Of a stretch of 64,000 nucleotides of DNA, positions 1-13,200 are shown piece after piece (within the stretch, counting starts at the first letter, position 1; every line of letters begins with the position of its first letter). This stretch comes from Macrostomum lignano (Eukaryota): the NCBI GenBank assembly GCA_002269645.1, contig NIVC01003288.1, positions 29,517 to 93,516 on the forward strand, in the 5' to 3' direction. The notes under the pieces are model-generated. The model ran no database searches and was not told where the DNA came from. It was given only the letters and a program-made list of their open reading frames with translations. The translations under genes were made by a program, and so were the position numbers.

Positions 1-89
1 ACTCTTCCAGTTGGATTCCTCTCTGCATCACTTGGACACTAAAAAAACGTTCTTGTATTTCATTCACCACTATACTGAAATGGTTTGTC

Positions 90-258
90 GGTAGGTAGGT
101 AGGTAGGTAGGTAGGTAGGTAGGTAGGTAGGTAGGTAGGTAGGTAGGTAGGTAGGTAGGTAGGTAGGTAGGTAGGTAGGTAGGTAGGTAGGTAGGTAGGT
201 AGGTAGGTAGGTAGGTAGGTAGGTAGGTAGGTAGGTAGGTAGGTAGGTAGGTAGGTAG
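90..258. repeat. (AGGT)n microsatellite
   Basis: Perfect tetranucleotide run of about 42 units; it explains the PTYL ORF. Confidence 0.98.
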
Positions 259-337
259 CTATGTGATTGATTAAAAAAACGGCTCAACTGATTTTCATGA
301 AACTTATACACCGTTTGATCAGAAATTTTTCTTGTCA

Positions 338-667
338 GAGATTCCAAGGCTTACGGAATTGCTGAGATGTCAAGGCTTACGGGAATTGCTGAGATGCCAA
401 GGCTTACGGGAATTGCTGAGATGCCAAGGCTTACGGGAATTGCTGAGATGCCAAGGCTTACGGGAATTGCTGAGATGCCAAGGCTTACGGGAATTGCTGA
501 GATGCCAAGGCTTACGGGAATTGCTGAGATGCCAAGGCTTACGGGAATTGCTGAGATGTCAAGGCTTACGGGAATTGCTGAGATGCCAAGGCTTACGGGA
601 ATTGCTGAGATGCCAAGGCTTACGGGAATTGCTGAGATGCCAAGGCTTACGGGAATTGCTGAGATGT
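338..667. repeat. 27-bp minisatellite, about 12 copies
   Basis: Unit GAGATGCCAAGGCTTACGGGAATTGCT repeated head to tail with no spacers. Confidence 0.97.
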
Positions 668-883
668 GAAGGGTCAATTGGAAGTTGTTGGTAGGCCAAG
701 CCAAAGGTGGATCAAAAGGGAGAGTTTGGGTTAAGCCATGTCTCAAATGGAGGCTTTGGTGACAAAGCTCACAGAGGATGCTGATATCTTAGACTAGCTA
801 GATGGCTGACCTTCAGGGCTGGTGCTTTTTGCTTTAAACATCATTTTTTTTATTAGAGGCAGGGGGGTTGTGTGCACCCTGGC

Positions 884-1010
884 ACACTTTAAGCGACATG
901 GGCACACAACCGGCGAGAGGCATTACTGCCCATTCTGCGACTCCCCTGAGCAGGCATACAAGCGCGCGGATACGTACGCAGGCACACACTCACACAGGAG
1001 TGTACAGCGG
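884..1010 (+). repeat. Dispersed repeat family, copy 1
   Basis: CACTTTAAGCGACAT..CACACAACCGGCGAGAGGCATTACTGCC..ACAAGCGCGC recurs at 18896-18995 (+) and, more diverged, at about 49548-49675 (-). Confidence 0.8.
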
Positions 1011-1829
1011 CCCTAACTTTATATTATCGTTAGGCATGTACACTTCACTGCGCCTTGGGGGTTGGCTCTCAAGGCCGTTAATTGCACGAGCAGAGCCAAG
1101 CCGAGATTCCAATTCAGCCCCAAATTAATGTGACTGCACTTGGAATCGAGCCTGGGTCGCTGGCACACCAGAGCCTGCGCTAGACCGCTGGCTACGGACC
1201 CCCATCATTTTCCGTAGTAGGATACTAAAAATAGCGACTGTACAAGGTCAAAACTCACATGTATTTTATTAAAAAAATGTATTACTTTCTTTGTTGCCTC
1301 TCCAACGGGGGCCGCTGGAGTAAGTCTAAATTTTGCTGGGAGCACCGGCCGGGAACTGCTTTGACTGTGGGCAACAAATTAAACTGGGGTGGTCGTTTGA
1401 GCTGGGATAGGGGACAGGGAGAGACAGGGGAGGCAGAGGCTTTGCCGGGGACGCTTCAAGCTAGAAATCTGGACTGGAAACGAAGCTCTCACTGGGCCGT
1501 TTCTTTGCGACAGCTTAAAGCCGATGAACTTTTCTTCTAGGAAGGCGGACAGAAAATTCTGTAGTGCCTCTAAAATGCCAATTTTCTTCAGAATTGTGCA
1601 GCCGATACAGCTCACAGAAGACCTCGATCGGCTCCAGACGCTTTGGCTTGAACGCCCTGGCTTCCCTTTGCCTCCACGGTTGCTATGGCCGCGCTGCCAT
1701 CGGGAGCAGCTCAGTTCAGTCCCGTATAATAAAATTGAGAATATAATTTATTTTGCTCCAGGACCAGCTATTCAATTCAACGATTCCAGAGTCCCTGAGC
1801 CCGATCTATAGCGTCTGCCCAGCATTCGG

Positions 1830-2315
1830 ATGGACCATCACGGCAAGCCGCCCGGCCTCCAGCAGTCGCCGTTGCAGCAGCCGCAGCCGCCGCCGCCGCT
1901 GGCGATGCGCCGGGAGAAGACCCGCCTGACTTTCGTCCGCGCCATCCAGAAGGCGACGGCGGCCCAGGCCGAGCAGGGCATCAACGGCCCAGCGCTGCAT
2001 CGCCGCATCGACGCGGTCTGTCGCCGGCTCGACTCGCTTGGCGACCTCAGCGAAGTCCGCGACCAGCTGGCCGCGGTGCAGAGCAAAACTGGCCGGGTTG
2101 GCAAGATGGAGAAGCAGCTGGCCGAGCTGCAGCAGCATCTGGCGCAACAGGAGGCGCTCACTGCCGACCTGGTAGGCCGCCTGGCCAAGGTGGAGTCGGA
2201 GAATGCCGGCATGCTGAAGCTGGTGGGCGAGCTGCACGAGATCATTCTGAACCCCGGCAGGCTGCAGCAGGAGCAGCAGGCAGCGGTGAGGCGGAAGAAC
2301 CTGACGGAGAAGTGA
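1830..2315 (+). CDS. Coiled-coil protein of unknown function (161 aa; may be a terminal exon)
   Basis: GC-rich ORF with GC3-biased codons in AT-rich flanks; heptad-like L/Q/E/A pattern; an AG acceptor (TATAG, about 1810) lies upstream. Confidence 0.65.
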   Translation: MDHHGKPPGLQQSPLQQPQPPPPLAMRREKTRLTFVRAIQKATAAQAEQGINGPALHRRIDAVCRRLDSLGDLSEVRDQLAAVQSKTGRVGKMEKQLAELQQHLAQQEALTADLVGRLAKVESENAGMLKLVGELHEIILNPGRLQQEQQAAVRRKNLTEK

Positions 2316-3627
2316 CTGGCCGGCGTTGACCTCCTCTGTTGCTTGCATAATTAACAGATTAATTTACAGCAGTTATTGCTGGTATGGAGGACTCATAGGA
2401 AATTTCTGTGCACTCAATGCCCTCTCCCTCCCTCCCAAGGAAGCAAGACAAATTAAGACGGTTGATTACAAGACGTTTAAAGTCTACTTTTGCTTTAGAA
2501 GTCAATAGCAAGATTATTGAAAATCGAGAACTTTTTAGAAATCAAATTCAGGAAACACGTCAATATAACACTTCAACAAAGTTTGAATTGCCGTAGAAAA
2601 CTTGAAAAGAGGCCTTAACATACAGTCAATAACTGTATACTTGTTACTTGTAAATAAGACTCTGCGGAAGTGTCAGAGTTTTTCAGCTCTTCATCGTGTA
2701 CTTTTAGCAGATATGGATTTCATATTGGCTTTTTTACAAGAATGAAGGGTTTTCCGTTGAAAATTTTCGATAAATAATCGACTGGCCATTGAAATTGTTG
2801 CAAGCATCGAGTCGGTTATCGAGTCGGTTTATCGAGTCGGTTATTTTTTGGACAGAGTTCACGTCATACAAGCTGACAATTTTCTGAAAGGCAAAAAACA
2901 TAAAAAATACCTCTCTCAAAACTCCTGCCTAGCTGTGCCAACCCGACACTGCTCACTGCATCCCAGCTCATCCAGCGTGAGCCTGCCCCCTGGTTTTGAT
3001 ATTGTATACTCATAGATATGCATTCTATTGGGGGGGGGCAACAGACGCAGCCCCAGATGAGTTCCTTGATGCACGGCTCAGCAACCCAGCGCTTCTCGCT
3101 GCCCAGCTGAACTGCTGCCAGCTGTTTCCCACAGAGGAGCAGCGCGAGTTTCTTAATGCGAGCTCGCGACAGCCGGTAACTGTAGCGGGCGTTCCCAGCG
3201 CTACCCCCGTTGCTTAGCAACACCCGAGAATGCAAGGCCAAGGAAGAATTGTGGAAAAGCAAACTCGCTCGAATCCACAGCAGTTCGTGTCATCGAAAGT
3301 AGACACAGCGCCCAAACTTATCGCTGATACAGTAGCAAATGTGGCCCTTGCTCGCTAAACTCTTCACCTCACCGCCGCCCCGGCCCCTTCGCCATTCTCC
3401 ATGCCTCAGATGCTTAGGAAACAAACTTCCCTATGTATTCTAAAAATGTGGGCAAAAACCTCGCGTCTCTACTTTGGGCCATAAAGTAAGGGTTTCATCT
3501 GAAAAGGATGCCGTACTGTTAATCTTCCGGGTTTTCGCGCGCACTCATCAGAGACTTCTCGGTTTAGCTTTCACGTCTTCGAAAAAAAAATCGACTTAAA
3601 CTATTCGAACAAATAAATTATTGCACT

Positions 3628-6600
3628 TCAATTTCGTGTATTCTTTATAAAAAATTGGTTCTTGTAAAAACAGTAAAAATAAAAGTCAGCAGCCTCCCTG
3701 ATCGGACTTTCCCGTTGCCAATCCTTGACGGAGAGGGCTGCCTCAGCGTGCTGTCGAATCATGTTGACGAAAATCTGGTCCAATGACATCTGGTGCAGAC
3801 TGAAGTACTGCACGTTCAGCTCCGTTTTGTTGTCCGCCAGCCATCGAATGCTGTCGGAGAGGCTGGCCACCGACTCCGTCGGGATCTGGAACTGTACTGA
3901 TGCGCCGACGTCGTCCAGAACAGCAGCCTGGGGAACTGCTGCTGAATGGCCGCTTTCAGCACCGATTTGCGCAACGAGGTTTCGTGGAGATCCGCCGAAA
4001 AAGGCAGGAGAGCCTCCAGGGTGTAGGCCTTGCCGTAGCTGGGATGGACGTAAAGGGGGAGGGCTGGGAGACGTCCGTGGCTCATTCTTGTAGATTGGTG
4101 TCAGAACCGTCTTTACTCTTAAAATGCTTACTCCTGACTTGTCGTTGTCCATGTTGCCAGTCCCAGCATCTGCAACTGTTCCTCCTACTTTCCCTATCCT
4201 TGTCACTGTTTCTGTCCCTGGTGCGGAACTATCAAACGCGATTCACTTACCGACTGCGCAGCTGCTGGACAGTGCCGAACCCGATCATGCCACCCCTGTC
4301 CATGATGCCCACCCTACCGCAGAGCGCCTCCACCTCCTCCATGCTGTGAGTAGTTACCACGACGGTTCGTTTACCGCCCTCTGCCAGGCTGCGGATTGCC
4401 TTCCAGATGGCGCGCTTGTTCTCCGGATCCACTCCGGTGGAGGCCTCATCGATGACAACAATGGAAGGGCAGCCAAGTAACGCAATGGCGAGGCAGAGGC
4501 GGCGCTTGTTGCCACCTGACAGCTCCTTGGCCGCCTTGAATCTGTGCTCGGCAAGGCCCAGGCCGCGAATCAGCCTGTCCGTCTGCTCTGGCACCAGAAG
4601 CTCGGGAATTCCGCGAACTCTCGAGTAAAAAGTCAGATGTCCTCGACGGTGATGCGCCGGAAGATCGGGTCGTGCTGCGGACAGAAGCCGATGATACCCA
4701 GCTGAGTGCCCAGCTGGCTGACCATCCAGTCGCCGTCAAATTGGCGCACCTCGACTTTACCTCGTGTCGCCGCTAGCTGCCCGACAATGGCTGACATCAG
4801 GGTGGTCTTTCCGGCTCCGTTCTGGCCCAGAAGGCCGAAGACCTCGCCAGTCATCGCCCCGAAGGTGACGCCCCGAACTGCTCGCACGCCGTTCGGGTAG
4901 ACTTTCTCCACGTCGCGAACCTCGAGTAGATTTTGATCGCTCCGAGGATTTTTCAACACACGCTGAGCCTCAGTTTGAACGCCGAGCTCGTCGTCATCTT
5001 TTTGACTCTGTTTGAGTTGGTGAGAGTCAGCGGCCTTGTCCTTGTTGCAGCACTGCTGCCCCAGGGAATAAACTGTAGGCCAGTTGTCCAGTAGTATCAG
5101 CAGCCCGAACAGCAGTACTATATGGAAAGCCATGGCAACAAGCGAGTGAATTGTGTCTGATAGTTCAGAAAAACCTTCTGCAGCTCCGGTATGTCGCCCA
5201 GATGGCTTAGTTCAAAGAACAGCAGGCCATAGCCAGCCATTTTCATGGCCGTGAATGGCAGCATCATGGGAGCCAGTGGAGGTACGAGCCACACGCACAC
5301 GGCACCAGCGATGCGGTTCGTCATTACGAAAGTCAGGACGGCCAAGATGAAAAGGATGAAGAACAGGTAGATGGCCAGCACGCTGTAGCTCGGAGTGCGC
5401 TGCAGAGCTCCTATGCAGTAGACGCTAAGCAAGTTGCTCACCGATCCCAGCAGTAGCATGGGAATCCACACATTGTACAGCAGAAACAGACTCTGGTACC
5501 GATTCCAAACTAGGCACATTGCAGCCGATAGAACGATAAACACAGCATACTGGATCCAGTGAATAGCGAACGTATTGAGCCAATAGATTTTGCTGTCTAA
5601 TCCCATGACCCTCATCTGCTGCCTGACCCCGCTGGACCGGTCCTCAACCGGGTCAGACATGTAGGTGACGGGGACAACTGAGAACAGCAGGACAAGGACA
5701 AAAATTTCCATTTGAATTGTGTAGTATTGCGAAAACGGTACTACTGCGGTCAGGCGAACAGTTTTCCAAGGATCGCTATCGTCGTCTGTTGAAACAAAAT
5801 ATCGCCACATCATTGAGAAATAGTCGGCCATGGGCTTGAAGATTATTTCCGATCGAGATTTGTGCCAAAACTGTCCGATAACTAATGATCGATTGGCATT
5901 TGGTGACTGGTGTTCCAAGAGCTAGCGTACAGAATGAAGCAGACGTTCTCGCAATTCTGCCGTAGCTCCGGGTTCAATAGACTGTCTGTAGGCAGGACAA
6001 ACTTATCAACGCTGACAGACTTGGGCTTCAGCATTAATTTGGTTTTAAAAGCCTAGGAAAAGCAGTCAAACAGGCGTTCGTTGCCATCTCCTCTTCATCG
6101 CTGGAATCAAAGAGGCAAACAAGGTTTTCTGAAAGAGCTGTCGGCAAAACTGGAACTCTGATCAGCTCGGACTGCGACTGCTTCATTGTGTTTTCCAACA
6201 GATCAACCGGAGACATTTTGTGACCCTCTCTGGTAAGATGCTTTGCTATCGACTGGCTCAGCTCATACCGTTTCTTTCCACGAAAGCAACGGAGAATACG
6301 ATAGCCAGCAGCACCAAAGGCATGACTAGACGGCAAAGCGCTTGCACGGGCGAGCGAACCTGCCGGCGAAGGTTCATGACTAAAAGCGAGCCGAAAGTCT
6401 TGGAAAATGAGCGCTGCAGTTTATTAGCCTTGTAGTAATCCAGTCGTAGTTCAAGTAGAGAATGGTCTACTCTAGAAGTCACTAGTTTTAGTTCATCGTC
6501 TGGACTTTTGAGGCTCACAATGCTGGCCAGTCTCCGATTTTTGATCGCCGAAACCACATCCATTGTGTTGAAATTTTCCAGACGCATAAAAATCTCGTCG

Positions 6601-9304
6601 AGGTTAGCCTGAGACACACCGAACGCTTCTACAGGGGACCCGTTCTGCCTGCAGCTCTCAAGAATCTTCACAGTCTCAGCCAACAAATGCAGCTCTGAAG
6701 AGACTATCGACCCGAAGACGACACACTCAGCTGAAGCTCCGTTCCGGACCGATTGAGAAGGTGAACACCCGCGGTATCGATTCCAATAGTTTCGCTGCGT
6801 CCTGGCTCGACCTCAACGATATGCCGATTGTGGGACAGCAGCCGAACAAATGCTTGAGAAACAGCGACGATCCAGCGCAGACCAGTCGGCCTCCAGAGAG
6901 GAACAGCTTTCTGTCCGCCAGCACGTCCGCCTCGTCCATGAACTGCGTGCACAGCATAATGCAGCGGCCTTGCCTGCGCTCCTGCATGATTCGCCACAGG
7001 CAGCGCCGCGACACGGGGTCCAGACCGCTGGTGGGCTCGTCCAGCATCACGATTTTCGGGTCACCAATAAGCGCAATGATGCAGCACAGCTTCCGGAGCT
7101 GGCCGCCGCTCAGGTCGAAGGCTTGAACATCGGCCTTGTCCGCTAATCCGAGCTGCTCCATCATAGTTTTAATGTTGTCAATTTGACTCTCCAGCATGAA
7201 ACCTTTGCTCAGGGTTGCTAAAGTAATGCTCTCCATCACGGTGAGCTGCTGACAGAGCACGTTTGTCTGACCGCAGGTGCTAACTACGCGCCGCAGTGCC
7301 ATGCGTTGGTACGGGTCCGTGACGAGGCGATCGCCGATTACAGCCACGCCGCTTGTCGGCGTCTGCTCGCCCGTCAGCGTTCGAATCAGGGTTGTTTTCC
7401 CAGCGCCATTGTGCCCGATCAAAGCCGTGATCTGGTCTTGATAGATGGTACCTGCGGATTAGTGCTAACTTGATTATAGGAAGCATCGTCATAGAACGGT
7501 CTTAAACAGTTGGGGAGAAATTTCAGTCATTCGATGGTTTCAGCAAAATGAAGTTCAAATGAAATAAAAGAAATAAACGAATATACGAAAGCTCAAGTTT
7601 TGAATTCCAACTCTTCATTTCCCTAATTTTTAACAGCCATAAGTTTTCGTACAAATATATACTTATTCTAACAAGCGTAGCGAAATATACCCGTAGCCTT
7701 TTGCTTGATGTAGTGAAGCATTTGAACATTGACAAACTCAGTCCAACAAGGAGAGATTCTGGATTTTTTCTACTTTTCAACTTTCGACTCACATGAAATT
7801 GAGTCGAGCGCCTGCACCACGGTTTCCTGATTTTCCAGCGCGCAGCAGCCGCGGTCGTAGCACACGCTGATGTCGTTGATGTAAATGGCTGGCAGGCCGG
7901 AGTGCAGCGGCTCGATGTAGGACTTGCTGCAATCCGAGTCGGCGCAGCTGACGGGAATCGAGCTGACCATCTTGGCCTCATCGGGCAGCCAGAAGCTTCT
8001 GCTGAATGGAAAGGTCAGCGGCAGACCCATTCCGTTTCCGCTGCTGAGCACGAAATCCGCGTATATCGTGAGCAGCGTGACAACGATAGGGAAAATCAGC
8101 ATTCCATTCGGAATTTTTTGCAAGTAGCTGATTTGCGCTTCGTGCCAGTCGCGTGAGGTTTTTGGTAGCAGAGTATAAAGAGCGTACTGCGTCATGTGGC
8201 CAGGTGGGAACACCAGCAGCACATTCAATAGGTAGTCATCTGATTTCATTGCCATGATGCGGATCACTCCCAGGACTGTGACTGTGACCACCGAAATGAT
8301 GATGGCCACGGTGGCAACTACAATGAGGAAGAAGGAGCGCAACAGCACAGTGGCTAGAAGACTCAGAGACACTAAGGAGAAGCAGTAGGCATAGAACATC
8401 ATTGACAGTTTGATGGCTGATCCTTTCGGGTAGAAATTGGGGCACTGAAGCGCGTAGCAGGGCCCAATAATGGCCGAGAAGACTGCGCATTCTATAGCTA
8501 TGGAAACGATGATGACAGTCCAATACGCTCCCACTGACAGCCCGTTGCTGATCATGAGCTGCAGGTAGCCGCTCTCTTTGAGACCAGCGATGAAGGCGAT
8601 AGTGGTGGCGGTGAAGTGAACCATGCAGCCGGCAGTAGCGATGAGGATGTGGTACAGCACAGTGTGCATCAGCGCCACAAACACGTTTCCAGTGGATTCG
8701 ACGCGGCTGCAAATCGAGCGCCGACTCGCTCTGTGCGTCTCCGTCTTGGAATGATCGACAGTATCAGTTAGGCTTATGAACTGTACGTCCCTGAAGACTC
8801 GGCCGCTGGGACTTAGGGACTGAAGCGCGAGATGGTGAAGGAACGGACAGGCCAGCTCTTCTTCCTGCAGTACGGTGCACTCAACCAGCGCTGTACTCTT
8901 CGACTCGAAACTGATTCGAGCGAACATTTCCCCGGTGGTTGCGGGACGCAGCTGCTTATAGAACTGAAGGCTGCAGCTCTGCGGTGACCGCACTGGATAA
9001 GCCAATTGTTCCTCGGTTTGCCGGCCGCAACCAACGCCTGCAGATTGCTGATTGGCCGTGAAAAATTCCCACTGCTCCCAACCAGCGCCTTCCAGGGAAA
9101 AGTCCCGGCGTTCATCAACTTTCGAGCGACAGTTTCCTCATTTGAGCTCATCACGCCAGACAGGACTTCGAACAGCCAGAAATTCGACGGCAGAAGCAAT
9201 ATAGCCACAACAAACACTGGTAGGCGCTGGGCCTTGAACTTCAGCAGAAGGAGCAGCAAATACAGGGCCTGTCTCACCCGTATCGAGTAGCTAACGGAAA
9301 ACAT
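3628..9304 (-). CDS. ABCA-subfamily full ABC transporter, paralog 1 (3 exons: 9304-7793, 7451-4251, 4038-about 3628; about 9 single-base frameshifts in this sequence)
   Basis: TMD1-NBD1-TMD2-NBD2 order. Walker A GHNGAGKTT and GQNGAGKTT, signatures LSGGQ and LSGGN, Walker B LDEPTSGLDP and IDEASTGVDP. GT-AG introns are at the same positions as in paralog 2. Confidence 0.93.
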
Positions 9305-10263
9305 CGTGATAATTACGAGAGTGCGCTACCAAGATGGGCGAGGTGTGATTTAAATCTTTTCGGGTTCAATTTTTTTCAATGCAACAAATAATTCATCTGA
9401 ATACTATTATCATAGACAATTTAGAGACTGCCGTCATTACAGCTGAAATCTACGTACTTCGAATTTGGCGAATTTGCAAGCTATAAATACATTCTTACTT
9501 CCGAGCAATCTTTGATATCGCCAGAGACCAGAGTTTCGTCTAAGCAATCGATCATTTGCGTGCAGTTACTGCTCAAATAGCCCGTTCATTTAATATGTTG
9601 AGAACCATCCCCCTATCCCTTTGCTATGTGCATGCAACAACTTCACGTACACTACTGAAAGACTATTCAAATAAATGGAAGTCCTCAGAGCATAATTAGC
9701 CTCAGGCACGTGTAAAAAACAGCCATAGATGTACATATTCGCTTGTATTCCTTGCATGTCCTTAGAACAACCACCTACATGTATCCTGTTGCGGCTACCT
9801 GAGCTAGCTGCAACAGGATACTTAATCAAAGAGGGAAATGAGTTACGAGAAATTCATAATAACCATTCCGGATGACTCACTAAACCGTAAGCGTACACGA
9901 GTCAGCTGCTCGATAGTTGATGGTGGTCATCTGTACTCTAAACTCAAATAATTCAAGTAATTCAAAACTCCAAGACTTGATTTAGTTTTAAATAAAATAG
10001 CTGCGTTCAGGTACTTCAAGTACGTGGTAGCTTTTGGATCAAAAGTATATTCTTTTGCTTGCGACTTTAGTTAAAAGTCGCGTTCGCTTGTCGCACATGT
10101 AGTAAACCTCAATGTTCTTTTAGTTTTTAAACTGAATTTTAAGGCTGTTTTTCCAAAAATGACGGCGGAAAACAGTGAGATCGGACAGCGAAACACAGTT
10201 GATAGAATAAAAAAATAACAGCCATGTATTATGCTGCAAGCAGTGGTAAGATAATGTTAGAAC

Positions 10264-13200
10264 TCAGACTTCTACATCTGCATAGTTTGCAACTGTGTGC
10301 TTGCGCATCATTTTGACGAATATCTGGTCGAGAGACATCTGGTAGAGACTGAAGAACTGCACATTCAGCTTAGCTCTCATGTTGGCCAACCACTGGATCC
10401 TTGCTGACAGTCTAGCCGTGGTCGGAGTCGGTATCCGGAACTGGACTGACGCCCCAACATCATCAATGAGGATGGCATGAGGAAACTTTTTCTTAATGGC
10501 CGACTTCAATTCAGCCTTGCGTTTCGACAGTTTATCTTGGCTCGACGTAGCCGACAGCAGAGCATCCAAGGTGTAGTCTTTGCCGTACCTGTAAGAGATT
10601 CATGAAAATTTGACAGATAGAGCCTGCTGAAGCCCAGAGATCAGAGTAGACTGGGATGAACTGGTGAAAAGTTTTCTATGCTTGGTATAATGACGAGCAA
10701 AAAGTAAAAAACTCAGCAGATAATTTTCGCACAGAGGTACTCACTAATACGGTACTATTGTCCAAGTACCTGTCAGTCGCGAAAAATGCAGCTAAAGCCT
10801 ATACTTTCGCTTCCTTGCTGCTCCTCTGACCCACTGCACTAAACAAAAAAATACTTACTGACTTCGCAGCTGCTGGACAGTGCCGAATCCGATCATGCTG
10901 CCTTTGTCCATGACGCACAGTCTGCTGCAGAGCGCCTCCACCTCCTCCATGCTGTGCGTGGTCACCACCACTGTCCGATGACCGCCCAGTGCTATACCGC
11001 GGATCGCCCGCCAGATGCCGCGTTTATTCTCCGGATCTACTCCTGAGGAGGCCTCATCAATGACGACAACAGATGGACATCCAAGAAGCGCAATGGCGAG
11101 GCACAGGCTGCGTTTATTACCACATGAAAGTTGTTTAGCTGGCTTGAACCTATCATCGACAAGTCCGAGTCCTTGAATGAGCCTGTCTGTCTGCTTCATG
11201 ACAGTGTTCTCTGGAACGCCTCGGATACGCGCGTAGAAGATAATGTGCTCCTCAACTGTGACTTGTCGGAACAGCGGATCGTGTGCGGGCAGAAGCCAAC
11301 GACGCCGCGCTGAGTTCCCAGGTGACTTTCCAGCCAGGCGCCGCCCAAATGGCGGACCTCGACTTCGCCACTCGATGCGGTCAGCTGTCCGACGATGGCC
11401 GACATCAGAGTAGTCTTTCCGGCTCCGTTCTGGCCGAGCAGGCCGAAAATTTCACCGGTCATGGCGCCAAAGGTGACGCCGCGCACTGCATAGACGCCGT
11501 TGGGGTAGACTTTCTCCACATTGCGGACTTCCAGCAAGTTTTGGTTGCTCCTCGGATTCTTTAATAGCCGCTCTGTTTCCATCAGAACGCCTTTTTCATC
11601 TTGTTCATTTAATTTTCTTTTCTGTCTGCGCTTAGCGACATTTCGAGATGCACATCGCGCGTTTGCAAAATATTTAATAGCGGACCAGTTTTCGTAATGA
11701 TTAACAATATGATTAGCAATAAAATATGAGCTCCCATTGCACTGAGTGCATGTACGGTGGCAGATAAATTTAAAAAAGTCTCTCGCAGTTCGGGAATTTC
11801 TTTCGTCAACTCCTCGTTATGGTAAAGTAAGCCATAAACAACAATTTTCAGTGCCGTGAAGGTCAGCATCATGGGAGCGAGCGGTGGAACGAGCCACATC
11901 GCAATTGCGCTGGCGATGCGGCTTTTCATTAAAACGTGACCACGGACAAGACGAAGAGGATGAAGAACAGGTATATCGCTAAGACACTGTTGCTTGGAAT
12001 GCGCTGCATCGCACCAATGCAGTAGATACACAGAAGGTTGCTCACGGTGCCCAGCAGCAGAAGTGGAAGCCAAACATAGCAGAACAGAAATGCGCTGATA
12101 TACCGATCCCATATCATGCACACGAGAATTGATAGCACAGCGAATGTCAGGTACTGAATCCAGTGGATGACGAACGTGTTGACCCAGTAAGCAAAGCTGC
12201 TCAGTCCCATGATTTGCATCTGTTGCCTGACGCCAGTGGATCTATCTTCAACAGGGTCGGACATGAAGGTGACTGGGATGATCGAAATAGCAAAACTAGA
12301 ACAATAAGCTCGTTTTGAATGCTGTAGTATTGCAGAAACGGTATGACGCTTATCATGTGAACCGATTCCGGAGAGATGTCATCGGGGGCAAACATTTTCC
12401 AAAGTTTTACAAAGTAGGAAGCCAGCGGCTTTTCCGACACTTCATGCCGGGGCTTGCGCCAAAAGTGTCCAATAGAAAATGATCTGTCTCCATTTGATTG
12501 TGTCCCGCTCCATGAACTGGCATAAATGATGTAACAATGCTCTTTGCAGAGATTCTCTAGCTCCGGTCTTAACTGCTGACCAGGAAGAATGAAATCTCCG
12601 ATTGACTCCTTGCCCTTCCGCACCACATCGAAGTGGTAGTTGGCCAGATATTTGCAGGCAATCCGAGCGACTTTTTCTTCTCCTGTTTTGTCGTACACGC
12701 AAACAACATTGTCAGTTGAATACAGTGATACTACTGGCTTTCTGACAGCTTCTGCCATAATTTGCTGCACTGTAGAGGTATAAATCAGCTCTTTAAAGGA
12801 CCTGTTGTAGGAGACATCCCAGATAAGATACTTTGCCATGGGATAGTTTACCTTGTAGTTGTTTTTTTCCATGTAAGCCAAAATGCCAACAACTGCAATG
12901 AGCACAAGAGGCATCACAAAGCGGCAAATGACTTGCACCGACGATCTTACCTGACGGCGCAGATTCGTCGCCATCAGCGATGCAAATGTCCTGCAAACTG
13001 AACGCCGCAGCTGACTAACTTCAAGATCGTTCTGCCGTAGTAGTGCCAAATCTCCCATGCGCCTTTTTGGCGGCTCTTCCTTTGTGGATATACTTATCAT
13101 ACTGGCTAGGTTTCGGGACCGAATGCCCGATACAATAAACCCAGTGTCCAGATCCTTGATGCGCATAAAAATATCGTCCAAGTTGGCTTGCGACACACCG

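Noticed and set aside
338-667. 27-bp array (and the 41-bp array at 28438-28971) as CRISPR
   Set aside because: Units are directly adjacent with no unique spacers, there are no cas genes, and the context is eukaryotic.
60-746. ORFs PTYL, RCQGL, ISAIP and similar; likewise ORFs at 23322-24042, 31377-32020, 36017-37368, 46798-48231 and 53243-54187
   Set aside because: These are translations of simple repeats that happen to lack stops; there is no coding evidence.
2864-3420. Minus-strand frame of about 190 codons interrupted by one TGA near 3295 (possible selenocysteine or readthrough)
   Set aside because: No recognisable domain, no clear start, no SECIS identified, and no convincing codon bias.
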